NCBI GenBank assembly: GCA_963719315.1
Contig: CAVRBU010000020.1
Location: forward strand, 47,014 to 111,013
DNA length: 64,000 bases
Direction: 5' to 3'
DNA from: an uncultured Planctomycetota bacterium
GTDB taxonomy: Bacteria; Planctomycetota; Planctomycetia; Pirellulales; Lacipirellulaceae
Positions within the stretch are counted from its first letter, which is position 1. Every line of letters starts with the position of its first letter. Made by a program: the position numbers and the translations under genes. This document shows, in pieces, positions 39,422 to 51,063 of this stretch. The notes under the pieces are model-generated. The model did not search any database. It was not told the DNA's origin and worked only from the letters and a program-made list of their open reading frames with translations.

Positions 39422-39440
39422 TGATTCTTCTTGATAGGCT

Positions 39441-40010
39441 TTATGGCGTTGGTGTCGCGCCGCTGTTCTTCGGTCGCCCGACGGCGTTGTTCCAATCCTT
39501 CAGCGAAGTGTAGCTTTCGAGCAACCAGCGGTCGCCGCGTCGGACCCAATGCAGCGTGAGGCGGTCGTCCGCGCCGCCTTTCATGCCATCCTGCTTGTTG
39601 ACCGCCACCATGATGCCCCGGCATTTAACCGTGGCCGCATCCCCGCTCGGATTCATGTCGGTTTGCGGCGCTCCGATGATCCGCGCCCGCTCAATTCTCA
39701 CCAGTGGCATCAGTGTCTCGACATCCTTCCGTAACGCGGCATTCGCCGAAGGGGCTAGGTAACTGAGCGCGCCCGCAACATCGTTCGCTTCGACGGTGGC
39801 CGCTAAACTGTAGAGCGTCCGTTCGACCGCTTCGCGCGGCGTTTCGATGAGCCAATTGATGAGCAGCAATCCGGCGACGACGGCGATGACGCCTAGAACG
39901 CCAAATAGCGCGCCGTTCGTCCGCGTTTGAAAGTACACGATGAGCGCCATCGTCAGCACAACCGCGCCGCCCATCCAGATCGGAAGCGCATTCTCAGCGA
40001 GCCAGTTCAT
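39441..40010 (-). CDS. Hypothetical membrane protein with NTF2-like C-terminal domain
   Basis: Two TM helices, then ETPRE...VEAND...LHWVRRGDRWLL. Confidence 0.7.
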   Translation of the reverse strand: MNWLAENALPIWMGGAVVLTMALIVYFQTRTNGALFGVLGVIAVVAGLLLINWLIETPREAVERTLYSLAATVEANDVAGALSYLAPSANAALRKDVETLMPLVRIERARIIGAPQTDMNPSGDAATVKCRGIMVAVNKQDGMKGGADDRLTLHWVRRGDRWLLESYTSLKDWNNAVGRPKNSGATPTP

Positions 40011-40031
40011 GGCAACACGCTTTCCTTTTCA

Positions 40032-40098
40032 TGTAGCGGAATTCGCAAGAATTCCGACGCCTGCCGGTTTTCGTCTGAAGTCTTGTGACTTCAGCTAC
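40032..40098. repeat. GTAG-type REP pair
   Basis: GTAGCGGAATTCGCAAGAATTCCG ... TGAAGTCTTGTGACTTCAGCTAC; relative at 6165-6188. Confidence 0.65.
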
Positions 40099-40477
40099 TT
40101 TTAGTGGTCGGACGTCTCCGACCGCGGTACGACATCGTGGCCGCCATCATGGAGACGAGTCCAAGCAGTACGGCGAGCGGCCAAATTGGGATCAGATCGT
40201 CGCCCGGCGTCGCGAACGGACGGCGGGCATCTAAACTATCTAATCGCGCGGCGCCTTCCAGATTATTCTCGGCGGTGAGTTTTTCCGCCACCCGCTCCCG
40301 GGCCTGATACTGTCGCTCGATATTCGCCTGCCGCCGACCATATTTGCCGCCGATCGCGGCCAGGGCCAACAGTCCCGTCAGCGAAAACGCGAGAACCCAG
40401 AACCAAGGAGAGTCGGTGAGCGGGGATTTCGGATTGGGGATTTCGGAGTTCGGATTTTCGGAGGGTGAATCGCTCAT
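40091..40477 (-). CDS. Hypothetical membrane protein
   Basis: DSPWFWVL TM, KYGRRQANIERQYQAR, second TM. Confidence 0.65.
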   Translation of the reverse strand: MSDSPSENPNSEIPNPKSPLTDSPWFWVLAFSLTGLLALAAIGGKYGRRQANIERQYQARERVAEKLTAENNLEGAARLDSLDARRPFATPGDDLIPIWPLAVLLGLVSMMAATMSYRGRRRPTTKSS

Positions 40478-40576
40478 GCTACTCTTTGTGGCACCAACTT
40501 TCCGGATCGTGTAACCAATTCCGCTGGTTGCATCGCCCAAATCCGCAATCCGAATTCCGCAATCCGAAATCGGAAC

Positions 40577-41911
<1,335 letters not shown>

Positions 41912-42011
41912 TTAGGGTTCTTGGGCCGCTTGTCGAGCGGGAGTTCAGTGGTCGAGCAAGGTCTCGATTGGTAGAGTTAACGGAGCAAACGGCGTACATG
42001 GATCGCTGACG

Positions 42012-42845
42012 ATGATTGCCCGCATACAAACCTGGTGGACGATACTTCGGATCTGCATCGAAGAGCGGCTCGTTTACCGAGGCGACTTCTGGCTGGGCAC
42101 GCTGATGCGGTTCCTGCCGATCGTGACGCAGACGTTTTTCTTCGGGGCCGTGTTCGCGGGGATGAAAGCAACGCAACCCGCGGGCGCGGACCACATCCGC
42201 GGTTACAGCTTCGATAATTTCGTGGCGTACTACCTGCTCGTCACGATCAGCCGGGCGTTTTCCAGCATGCCAGGCCTGGCGGGCGGTATCGCGCTGCAGA
42301 TTCGCAACGGTGAAATCAAAAAGTACCTCGTGCAGCCGGTCGATCTGATCGGATTTCTGCTGCTTATGCGCATCGCGCACAAGCTAGTATATTACGGGAT
42401 TGCGCTGGCCCCATTTGCGCTCGTATTCTATCTGTGCCGCGGTTACTTCCCGGGCTGGCCGCCAGCCGAAGTGATGGTGGCTTATATCGCGTCGCTAATA
42501 CTTTCATTCTTGTTAGGGTTCTTCTTGGAAGCGACGATCGGCATGGCGGGGTTCTGGTTTTTGGAAATCAGTTCGTTACTCTTTGTGTACATGTTGTTTA
42601 CGTTCTTCTTCTCGGGGCACATGTTTCCGGTCAACATGTTGCCGAATCCGTGGAGCACGATCGTGCAAGTGATTCCATTGCAATATCTGGCTTTCTTTCC
42701 TGCGGCCGTGTTCTTGCAAAAGATTCAGGGACACGATTTGTGGGTGGGGCTTGCCGTGCAAGCGGCCTGGGTGCTGTTCTTCATCATCACGAGCCGTGTG
42801 ACGTTTTGGCGCGGCGTGAAGCGATATAGTGGATTCGGAGGTTAA
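42012..42845 (+). CDS. ABC-2 family transporter permease
   Basis: Six hydrophobic segments, IRNGEIKKYLVQP, FSGHMFP, ends RYSGFGG. Confidence 0.88.
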   Translation: MIARIQTWWTILRICIEERLVYRGDFWLGTLMRFLPIVTQTFFFGAVFAGMKATQPAGADHIRGYSFDNFVAYYLLVTISRAFSSMPGLAGGIALQIRNGEIKKYLVQPVDLIGFLLLMRIAHKLVYYGIALAPFALVFYLCRGYFPGWPPAEVMVAYIASLILSFLLGFFLEATIGMAGFWFLEISSLLFVYMLFTFFFSGHMFPVNMLPNPWSTIVQVIPLQYLAFFPAAVFLQKIQGHDLWVGLAVQAAWVLFFIITSRVTFWRGVKRYSGFGG

Positions 42846-43009
42846 TTCGGCAGATTCCGGCTCTCAACATCAGAATTGCAACGCGGATTGTATTAAGGAG
42901 GAACACTAATCTTCACTTATTCTCGCTAATCCGAATTAGCGTTGCTTGGTGAAGATTGGAGTTCCTCTGCTGCCTTGTTTGGTTTTTTAATCGTCGGATC
43001 TGAAGATTC

Positions 43010-43852
43010 ATGTCGTCGCGCCCATCATACTTCCGCGTGTTCCTGACCTTCGTCCGCAACAGTCTCGTGCGGGACATGATGTTTCCGGCCAATTTCATCA
43101 TCGAAACGATTTCATCGTTCGGTTGGGTGATGATGAACGTGGGCTTTTATTTGCTCATCTTCAACTACACGTCGCAGATTGGCGCGGGCGGCGTCGAAGG
43201 CGGCGCGTGGGATAAATACCAGTTCTTCGTATTCATTGCGACGAGTATGTTCATCAACAGCGTCGTGCAGATGTTCTTCATGACGAATGCCGACGAGTTC
43301 AGCGAGCTCATCCGCACCGGCGGCTTGGATTTCGCCCTCTTGAAGCCGATCGATACACAGTTCTTGATCTCACTGCGAAAGGTGGAGTGGGCGTCTCTCG
43401 CGAATTTCATGGTGGCGGCCGTGCTGATGGCGTACGCGCTCCCGCGCGTGGAGGGCTTTCATCTTACTGTGTGGCAGGTGCTCTTGTACCCCGTGTATGT
43501 GCTCGCGGGCATCGGCATCATGTATAGCTTGACGATCGTGCTCGCGGCGGCCAGCGTGTGGCTTGGTCGCAATACCTCGATTTACGATTTCTGGTTCTAC
43601 ATCACCACGTTTTCGCGTTACCCGATGGAGATCTATCGGGGTCCCATCGGCGGCTGGTTGCGCTGGGGCTTCACCTTCGTGCTGCCCATACTGATCGTCG
43701 TGAACGTGCCGGCTCGGATGCTGGCCAAGCCGCTGCGGCCGGAGTACGCTTATCTGGCACTGTTCGCGATTGCCGCCACGGCGGCAAGCCTGGCCGCCAG
43801 CCGCTGGGTATTCAAGCGGGCGCTGCTGAGCTACCGCAGCGCGAGCAGTTGA
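43010..43852 (+). CDS. ABC-2 family transporter permease
   Basis: IRTGGLDFALLKPID, FSRYPMEIY, ends SYRSASS. Confidence 0.88.
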   Translation: MSSRPSYFRVFLTFVRNSLVRDMMFPANFIIETISSFGWVMMNVGFYLLIFNYTSQIGAGGVEGGAWDKYQFFVFIATSMFINSVVQMFFMTNADEFSELIRTGGLDFALLKPIDTQFLISLRKVEWASLANFMVAAVLMAYALPRVEGFHLTVWQVLLYPVYVLAGIGIMYSLTIVLAAASVWLGRNTSIYDFWFYITTFSRYPMEIYRGPIGGWLRWGFTFVLPILIVVNVPARMLAKPLRPEYAYLALFAIAATAASLAASRWVFKRALLSYRSASS

Positions 43853-43899
43853 CGTGACCGCAAGTAATTCACAACAAAGGCACGAAGGGCACGAAGGTG

Positions 43900-43985
43900 G
43901 AATGACCAATGACCAAATTCCAATGACCAAGCATCGAAGGGCGAAATTGGTCATCGGTCATTGGCGCCTCGTGCTTTGTTATTCG
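43900..43985. repeat. Inverted heptamer array (AATGACC)n...(TGGTCAT)n
   Basis: GAATGACCAATGACCAAATTCCAATGACC ... TTGGTCATCGGTCATTGG. Confidence 0.65.
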
Positions 43986-44004
43986 CACCACGTATTGGGT
44001 CCCA

Positions 44005-46186
44005 ATGATGAGTAACACACGATCTTGGTTTTTCACGCTGATTGCAGCACTCCTAATTCCCGTTGGTGTGGCCGACACGCGCGCCGCGACGAACTCCGAC
44101 CATCATACGAATCCGGCCATGAAATACCCCCCAACGCGCCGCGTCGATCAAGTCGATGAATTCTTTGGCACAAAAGTGCCCGATCCCTATCGCTGGTTGG
44201 AAGCCGATGTGCGTGAGTCGGACGAGGTGGCCACTTGGGTGAAGGAGCAAAACAAAGTTGCGCGGGCGTATCTCGACGCGATCCCTCAACGAGCCGGTAT
44301 CGCCAAGCGGCTATCCGAACTTTGGAACTATGAGCGCTACTCCGCGCCGCGTGAAAAGGGCGGCAAGTATTTCTACTCGAAGAACGACGGCTTGCAGAAC
44401 CAGGCGGTGCTATACGTGGCCGATTCTTACAAGGCCGAGGGCCGCGTGCTGATCGACCCCAATACGTGGTCGAAGGACGGCACGATCGCCCTCTCCGGCA
44501 TGAATGTCACCGAGGATGGCCGCTACGTCGCCTACTCGCGAACCGAGGCCGGCAGCGACTGGCAGACCATCTATGTCATGGAAGTCGACAGCGGAAAACA
44601 ACTCGACGACCAAATCAAATGGTCGAAGTTTGGCGGCGTCGACTGGTTGAAGGATGGCAGCGGTTTCTATTACACCCGCTATCCGGAACCGAAAGAAGGC
44701 GAGAAGTTCCAGGCCTCGGCTCTGAACCAAATGATCTACTTCCACAAGCTAGGCACCAAGCAGGGCGAAGACAAACTTGTGTACCGCCGGCCGGATCACC
44801 CTGATTGGCATTTCGGCTTCGGTGTCACGGATGATGGCAAGTACCTGATCTTGGATATTGCCCGCAGCACCGATCCGCAAAATCAAGTGCTTGTGCGCGA
44901 GGCAGCCGCCCCGGTCGACGCGCCGTTCAAGGAGCTGATCGGCGACTTCGACAACCAGTTCTCATTTGTCGGCAACGTGGGGACGAAGTTCTACTTTCTC
45001 ACCGATCTCGCGGCGCCGACCAAGCGGATCGTGACGATGGACATCAATCAGCCAGGCCGCGAACATCTTACCGAGATCGTGCCGGCCCGCAAGGAAACGC
45101 TCGACGGAGTCAGCATTTTGAGTGACCACATCCTTTGCCAATACATGGTCGATGTGCTTAGCGAGGCCGAGGCGTTCGACATGGGGGGCAAACCGCTCGG
45201 CAGGATCGAGTTGCCGGGGAAGGGGACCGTCGAAGGTTTTGGGGGCGATCAGGACAAGTCGGAAACGTTTTACATCTACACGAGCTACAACCTGCCGGCG
45301 AGTGTCTACCGCTACGATGTGCTCGCGAACGAATCGGAACTGGTGCGCGCAGCCGAAGGTGAAGTTCGATCCGGCGAAGTTCATCGTCGAACAGGTCTTC
45401 TACAAAAGCAAAGACGGCACGCGGGTGCCGATGATTCTCACTTACCGCAAAGACTTGAAGCAGGGTCCGCATCCCACACTGCTTTACGGCTACGGCGGTT
45501 ACAACATCCCGATTACGCCGGCGTTCAAGCCCGACTACATCGCTTGGATGGAAATGGGCGGCGTCCTGGCCGTCGCCAATATGCGGGGCGGAGGCGAATA
45601 CGGCGAGGAGTGGCACCTCGCCGGCAAAGCGCACAAGAAGCAAAATGTGTTCGACGACTTTATTGGCGCTGCCGAATGGCTGATCGCCGAAGGCCGCACG
45701 TCGCGCGACAAACTTGCCATCATGGGCGGCAGCAACGGCGGACTGCTGGTGGGGGCCGTTATGGTCCAGCGGCCCGACCTGTTCGGCGCCTGCATCCCAA
45801 TGGTCGGCGTGCTCGATATGCTGCGTTTTCAGAAGTTCACCGCGGGCCAATTCTGGCGCGACGAATATGGCTACGCCGAAAAGCCGGACGATTTCCGCAC
45901 GCTGTTTGCCTACTCGCCCTACCACAACATCAAACAGGGAACGAAGTATCCGCCCACGCTGATCATGACGGCCGACACCGACGATCGCGTGGTACCGATG
46001 CACAGCTTCAAGTTCGCTGCTGCCCTGCAACGGGCACAAGCCGGCGATGCGCCCATTCTACTGCGGATCGAATCCAAAGCGGGCCACGGCCACGGCACGC
46101 CGGTAACAAAGCTGATCGAGAACGCGGCCGACCGCTGGGCGTTTTTGGTGAAAGAGTTGCGGATGGAGGTTCCCGTCAGCGATTAG
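44005..46186 (+). CDS. Prolyl oligopeptidase (S9A), frameshift ~45347
   Basis: Signal peptide, VPDPYRWLE, beta-propeller, [21 protein letters not shown]. Confidence 0.93.
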
Positions 46187-46301
46187 TGCTTTTTCATAAT
46201 TGAAAGTAGCGGGTGCCTGGGGCCAAGCCAACGGCGAGCCTCCAGTGAAGCTGAGAAAGCAATCCGTTCCAATCCTGCCACCTGCCGCCGCAATTGCGAG
46301 A

Positions 46302-46544
46302 TTACTTCCGCTTGCTTGAGCCGTTGCGTTTTAGCTTCAGTTCAATGTCAGTTACAAGTAACAGATCGATGATATTCATCGAGTCATCGGGTTGCAGGAC
46401 GATGAGTATCCTTCCGCTCGGAGCCGCCATAATGAAATCCCGATGATGAACGGGAATTGCACGACCATCGGCCAAATGGATTGAGAACGGGCGGAACGGC
46501 TGAGCGTCGAATAGCTCTTTCACTTTTTCGACTGAAATCGTCAT
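46302..46544 (-). CDS. Small hypothetical protein
   Basis: AGGAG SD; QPFRPFSIHLADGRAIPVHH...IDLLLVTDIE. Confidence 0.75.
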   Translation of the reverse strand: MTISVEKVKELFDAQPFRPFSIHLADGRAIPVHHRDFIMAAPSGRILIVLQPDDSMNIIDLLLVTDIELKLKRNGSSKRK

Positions 46545-46590
46545 GCTCCTACGAGTCTTTGACGCAAGTATACCATTGCGAGGAACGCAA

Positions 46591-47529
46591 TTACACTTTC
46601 GCGACCACGCCGCGCAGCTCGCGCGGCAGCTGGAACGACACGCTCTCCTGACGAATCGATCGAGGCTCGATCGTAGCCGCAAAACGATCGCGGAGCCATT
46701 CGAGGCAATCTTCGACGACCTGCTCCGGCGCGCTCGCGCCGGCGGTGACGAGGACGGTTTTCACGCCGTCGAACCACGACTGCTGCAGGTCGGCCGGGCC
46801 GTCGATGAGATGTGCCGGCACGCCGCGCTCCCGGGCGAGTTCCGCCAGCCGTTGGCTGTTCGAGCTGTTTTGGCTGCCGAGGACAATCGCCAAATCAACC
46901 TCGTCGGCCAACACGGAGACGGCCTCTTGCCGATTCTGCGTGGCGTAACAGATGTCGTCTTTCGGCGGGGCCGTGATATGCGGGAACCGCTCCTTCAGCC
47001 GGTCGATAATTCGGTTGGCGTCATCGACGCTGAGCGTCGTTTGCGTGAGGTAAGCGACCTTTCGTTCGTCTGCCACTTGCAGCGTCGCCACGCCCTCCGG
47101 TGATTCGACGAGTAAGATCGCTTCGGGCGCCTCGCCCATGGTGCCGATCACTTCGTCGTGCCCTTCGTGGCCGATGAGCAGAATCGTGTATCCGGCGTTG
47201 GCGTATTTGACGGCCTCCAGGTGCACCTTCGTGACCAGCGGACATGTCGCGTCGATCGCCCGCAAATTGCGTTCGCGGGCTATCCGGCGAACTTCGGGCG
47301 ACACGCCATGAGCCGAGAATAGCAGCGTGGAGCCGACCGGCACGTCGGCCAACTCATCGACGAATGTCACGCCACGGCCGCGGAAATGCTCGACCACGTA
47401 CTTATTGTGGACGATCTCGTGGTACACGTAAATCGGAGGCTCAAGCGTCGCCAGCGCCAACTCGAGCGACTCGATGGCCATGTTGACGCCCGCACAAAAA
47501 CCACGCGGGCTGGCTAATAGAACCTTCAT
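46591..47529 (-). CDS. ispH: 4-hydroxy-3-methylbut-2-enyl diphosphate reductase
   Basis: PRGFCAGV, IVHN, FSAHG, DATCPLV, DICYATQNRQ, SSNS, TAGASAP. Confidence 0.97.
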   Translation of the reverse strand: MKVLLASPRGFCAGVNMAIESLELALATLEPPIYVYHEIVHNKYVVEHFRGRGVTFVDELADVPVGSTLLFSAHGVSPEVRRIARERNLRAIDATCPLVTKVHLEAVKYANAGYTILLIGHEGHDEVIGTMGEAPEAILLVESPEGVATLQVADERKVAYLTQTTLSVDDANRIIDRLKERFPHITAPPKDDICYATQNRQEAVSVLADEVDLAIVLGSQNSSNSQRLAELARERGVPAHLIDGPADLQQSWFDGVKTVLVTAGASAPEQVVEDCLEWLRDRFAATIEPRSIRQESVSFQLPRELRGVVAKV

Positions 47530-47671
47530 GCCCCCATGATAGACGGAAGCGATTAATGAGGACAGATGACCGGCCCGCTTCGTCGGAGCGGCGCGAAAGC
47601 TTCTCCGAGGCCGCTGGCGTATTACAATAATGCACGAAATCGGCGTCAGAGGCGCCTTTCACACGATTTAC

Positions 47672-47887
47672 TTACTTCGGCCGGCGCTTTTTCTTGAAGC
47701 GTTTCTGGCGCGTTTCAAGCGTCACCAACGGTCGCTGAGACGGATACTGGGCTTCCAATTCTTTAAGCGACTCGTGAATCGTGCGACACAGTTCGAGATA
47801 AGGCCTTACGCCGAATGAAATCGGCGGCAGCCAGGGGCTATCCACCCCGGCTATGAGTGCGTTAGCGGCTGGCGGCAACGGATGCAT
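47672..47887 (-). CDS. Small hypothetical protein
   Basis: GAGGAG SD before MHPLPP; helical core and basic tail. Confidence 0.5.
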   Translation of the reverse strand: MHPLPPAANALIAGVDSPWLPPISFGVRPYLELCRTIHESLKELEAQYPSQRPLVTLETRQKRFKKKRRPK

Positions 47888-48074
47888 CGCGGTCTCCTCT
47901 CTGTGACCCAAACCGCAAGGCGGTGTACAGGCGGCCGGTTCCTGCGAATCCCGGCAACCTGATGGTTTGAATCTATTACGCAAGACATGCTGGCACAGTT
48001 CGCGGTTCGCGCCAGTGCCGCCGGGGGCGAGGTCGGAGTGCCAAGAATTGGGTGGTATACCACCCGGAGCCTCG

Positions 48075-49016
48075 CTACTTCTTGGCCGAAGTCGCATCCC
48101 CCGGCTTTGCCTTGCGATCGGCCTTCGCATCGCGTTTCGGCACCTGTTCCGGTCGTCCGCGTTTCAGGAATTTCGCAAGCCGTTCGGTCCCCGCGACGAA
48201 CTCTTCTTTCGAGAGCTTGCTGTCGCCGTCGCGGTCGGCAATGCGGATGAGCCGTCGGATTGGCTCCTGCAGCGGATCGGGCACTTCTTTCGGGTCGAGC
48301 TTGCCGTCGGCGTTTTCATCGAGCTGGGCGAAGAGCTGGCGGGCCTGCTTGGGGTCGCGAATATCGGCCAACGGTTTTGGCTGCTGCTCGAAGCGGTCGA
48401 AGGCATCCCCCTCCGACTTTTTCAATTTTGCCAGCTCGGCATCGACATCGATGCCAAGCCGGGCAACATATCGCCCGGCGACGGCCGCCATCGCTGGACC
48501 GCCTCGGCTCAGTTCCTGGCGATCCAGGGCGCCGTTGCCGTTCCTATCCATCCGCTCGATCATGTTCTCGACGGCGCCTTTTAATTCGCGAGGCACTTCG
48601 TCTTTTTCAATTCGCGCGTTGCGATTCTTATCCATCGTCAACAGCAAGTAGCGAACGGCGTTAGCCTGCGGAACTGTCGAGGGCTCCTTGGCCTCCAGCG
48701 GCTTTGGCGGCCGTGTTGGCACCAGCGCGGCGACGAACTCCTGACGCGACAACACCTGATCGTGGTTCGAGTCGCCCCGGCGGAGCAGTCGATCGAAGAG
48801 CGGGCGATATTCCGCGGCAACCTCGTCGGCCTCGATCGATCCGTTGTGGTCCGCGTCGAGCCGGTCGAACAGAGCGGCGTCGCCCGCCGACATCGGTTTG
48901 CTCGCGGTCGTCGCCGCCGGGGCAATTGGCTGCATTGCGATTAGTACGATGGCAGGGCCAAGCGGACCAATCAGCTTCCTCGAATTTGTCAGCACGCGGT
49001 GAATAATCGTTGACAT
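48075..49016 (-). CDS. Secreted EF-hand domain protein
   Basis: Multiple EF loops: DADHNGSIEADE, DSNHDQVLSRQE, DRNGNGALDRQE, DENADGKLDPKE, DRDGDSKLSKEE. Confidence 0.85.
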   Translation of the reverse strand: MSTIIHRVLTNSRKLIGPLGPAIVLIAMQPIAPAATTASKPMSAGDAALFDRLDADHNGSIEADEVAAEYRPLFDRLLRRGDSNHDQVLSRQEFVAALVPTRPPKPLEAKEPSTVPQANAVRYLLLTMDKNRNARIEKDEVPRELKGAVENMIERMDRNGNGALDRQELSRGGPAMAAVAGRYVARLGIDVDAELAKLKKSEGDAFDRFEQQPKPLADIRDPKQARQLFAQLDENADGKLDPKEVPDPLQEPIRRLIRIADRDGDSKLSKEEFVAGTERLAKFLKRGRPEQVPKRDAKADRKAKPGDATSAKK

Positions 49017-49609
49017 GGAACCGGCTCCTGTTCTTGATTTACCCATTGTATCAAACCTCCGGCGGCAGCATCGGTTCCGGCGAAAGTGCAGGCCGCTCGC
49101 TCCACGAGCGGATTTCGGCTCGGGGAGCGAACCGTCCACACTGCGTGCTATCAACCGGCCCGATACTGGGTTGACCGGAAACCGCCGTTTTCCTATCCTC
49201 CACCGCCCGAATGCCCGTCGCCGCTGGCTAAACCCGGACGGCACAAACGGCGTATTGCGAGTAGGTGGCGCGTTCGCCCATGATGAATCATTTGAACGTC
49301 GCGGGCCCGCCATGTACACGGCTCGCGACAAGCCGGCGGCCGGGGCCGACCCGCCGACACGATTGTGCGAGCCGTTCACAAACGATCGATACACCCAGCA
49401 CAACGCGTGTTACAGCGCTGATTGATCGCTGGCAGAAATTATTGGAAAGGCGTGAGCGCGAAGGTCGATTTTGAAAATGCTCTGGTACTCGCATTCGCGA
49501 AGTCGGCCGGCAAGAAGCTTATCGACATCGGCCCATTAACTCGAACATTTGTCGTTCGAGCCAAATAACAAGCTGTTCCATCCGCTCATTCCACGCGGGA
49601 GAAGTTGCA

Positions 49610-49888
49610 ATGCAAATCAACGGCCTAAGTCAAATTCACGGCGCCCACGGTATCAACGCGCCCCATTTCCCACAACGCACCGCAGGCTCACAGGCAACTT
49701 CGACCAGCGGTCCGGTCGATCGCGTCGATATATCTCCGGCCGCCGACGCCGCCAGCCGCGCGGCCGAAACGAGCGGCGTCCGCAACGAACTGGTCAACCT
49801 GATCCGCAGCCAAATCGCCTCCGGCACCTACGACACGCCGGATAAGATGGATATTGCAATGGAACGGCTACTCGACCAAATGGGGTAA
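49610..49888 (+). CDS. flgM: Flagellar anti-sigma-28 factor FlgM
   Basis: D.V.IS motif and VR.ELV..IRSQIASGTY. Confidence 0.88.
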   Translation: MQINGLSQIHGAHGINAPHFPQRTAGSQATSTSGPVDRVDISPAADAASRAAETSGVRNELVNLIRSQIASGTYDTPDKMDIAMERLLDQMG

Positions 49889-50082
49889 TTTGCTCCACGT
49901 TGTGCGCAGGATTCTCCTCGCCCCGCTGTTGTGCGCGGGTCTCCGGACCCCGCACAAGGCGTCGACCGCAGGTCTCTTGGCCTTTGAATTGTGCGGAGAC
50001 CTTCGGTCAAATTCGGTGCGGAGTCGAGAGACCCGTGCACAACCAGTGACCCGCGCACAACCAGTCGCCCAGACGCGGATTC

Positions 50083-50204
50083 GGTGGTGTCCTAATTTGG
50101 CACCGTTCGGACCGGAACTTTGCAACACGGACTTCAGTCCGTACGAGAATCACGGACTGAAGTCCGTGCTACAAGCTTGTTGTGCCGCAAATTAGGACAC
50201 TACC
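50083..50204. mobile_element. 122-bp MITE copy 2 with internal REP pair
   Basis: TIR GGTGGTGTCCTAATTTG / CAAATTAGGACACTACC; perfect 8-bp TSD GCGGATTC (50075-50082 and 50205-50212). Confidence 0.85.
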
Positions 50205-50450
50205 GCGGATTCCCGCTGCTTGCCGTCACTTGCTTTTCCGTTTAGAATCAATAAGCGTCTGGCATCGTGACGTAACGCCGAATGGGACAACATGTTCTGA
50301 CGAATCGCAGGTCTGCGGTCAGTCTCAATAACGACGTGGTGGGCAATTTCGTCCTCGGTTCGACGTGAGCCAAGCGGCCAAATCGACGATCGCGTGTCAG
50401 GCCCTGCGCTTTGGCCGTAGACTCTCAACTTTCGACACTCAACCCTTTTC

Positions 50451-50954
50451 ATGTCCAACGATTTTTCACTCGGCGAAGTCCAAGTCTCGCTCTCGCCCAA
50501 GGAGCGTTTTGAGGAATTCCTACAAAGTCGCGGCAAGCGGACGACGCAGCAGCGGCGGACGTTGGTCGACTTCATCTTCGAACGCCACGACCACTTTGAC
50601 GCCGACGAACTGATCGAAAGCCTTGGCCGACGGGTCGACGAGGAAAAAATCAGCCGGCCCACCGTCTACCGAACGCTCAACGAACTGGTGGAGGCCGGCC
50701 TGCTGCGGAAGATGACGCTCGGCGGCCGGGCCGTGTACGAGCACGATTACGGCTACCCCCAACACGATCACCTCTACTGCCAAGTGTGCGACAAGCTGAT
50801 CGAGTTCAGCAGCGAGGAGTTGGCCAACCTCCGCGACGCCGTGGCCAGCGAGCACGACTTCCGCGTCACCGGCCACCGCCTGATCATCACCGGCGTCTGC
50901 CACGACTGCAGCCGCAAGCGGCACAGAAGGCAGTCGCCGTTGGATTTGATTTGA
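50451..50954 (+). CDS. Fur family transcriptional regulator
   Basis: RTTQQR, HFDADEL, ISRPTVYRTL, HDHLYCQVC, GVCHDC. Confidence 0.92.
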   Translation: MSNDFSLGEVQVSLSPKERFEEFLQSRGKRTTQQRRTLVDFIFERHDHFDADELIESLGRRVDEEKISRPTVYRTLNELVEAGLLRKMTLGGRAVYEHDYGYPQHDHLYCQVCDKLIEFSSEELANLRDAVASEHDFRVTGHRLIITGVCHDCSRKRHRRQSPLDLI

Positions 50955-50969
50955 GCAAAATCAAGAAAC

Positions 50970-51043
50970 AACCACAAAGACCACAAAGTTCACAAAGAAT
51001 TCACTCGTATCAAAGTCCTTTGTGTCCTTTGTGCCTAGTGGTT
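50970..51043. repeat. Inverted 9-mer array palindrome (CACAAAG)n...(CTTTGTG)n
   Basis: AACCACAAAGACCACAAAGTTCACAAAG ... CTTTGTGTCCTTTGTGCCTAGTGGTT between convergent genes. Confidence 0.7.
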
Positions 51044-51063
51044 GATTTAGAAAATGTGTTTGG

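Noticed and set aside
48075..49403. Long N-terminal extensions in the ORF track (also 744, 3545, 4372, 28470, 38469, 59657)
   Set aside because: Extensions run through repeats or intergenic DNA; downstream starts fit family N-termini better
49017..49609. Long intergenic region upstream of flgM as riboswitch or sigma28 promoter
   Set aside because: No c-di-GMP riboswitch consensus or TAAA-N15-GCCGATAA recognised by eye; an Rfam scan would be needed
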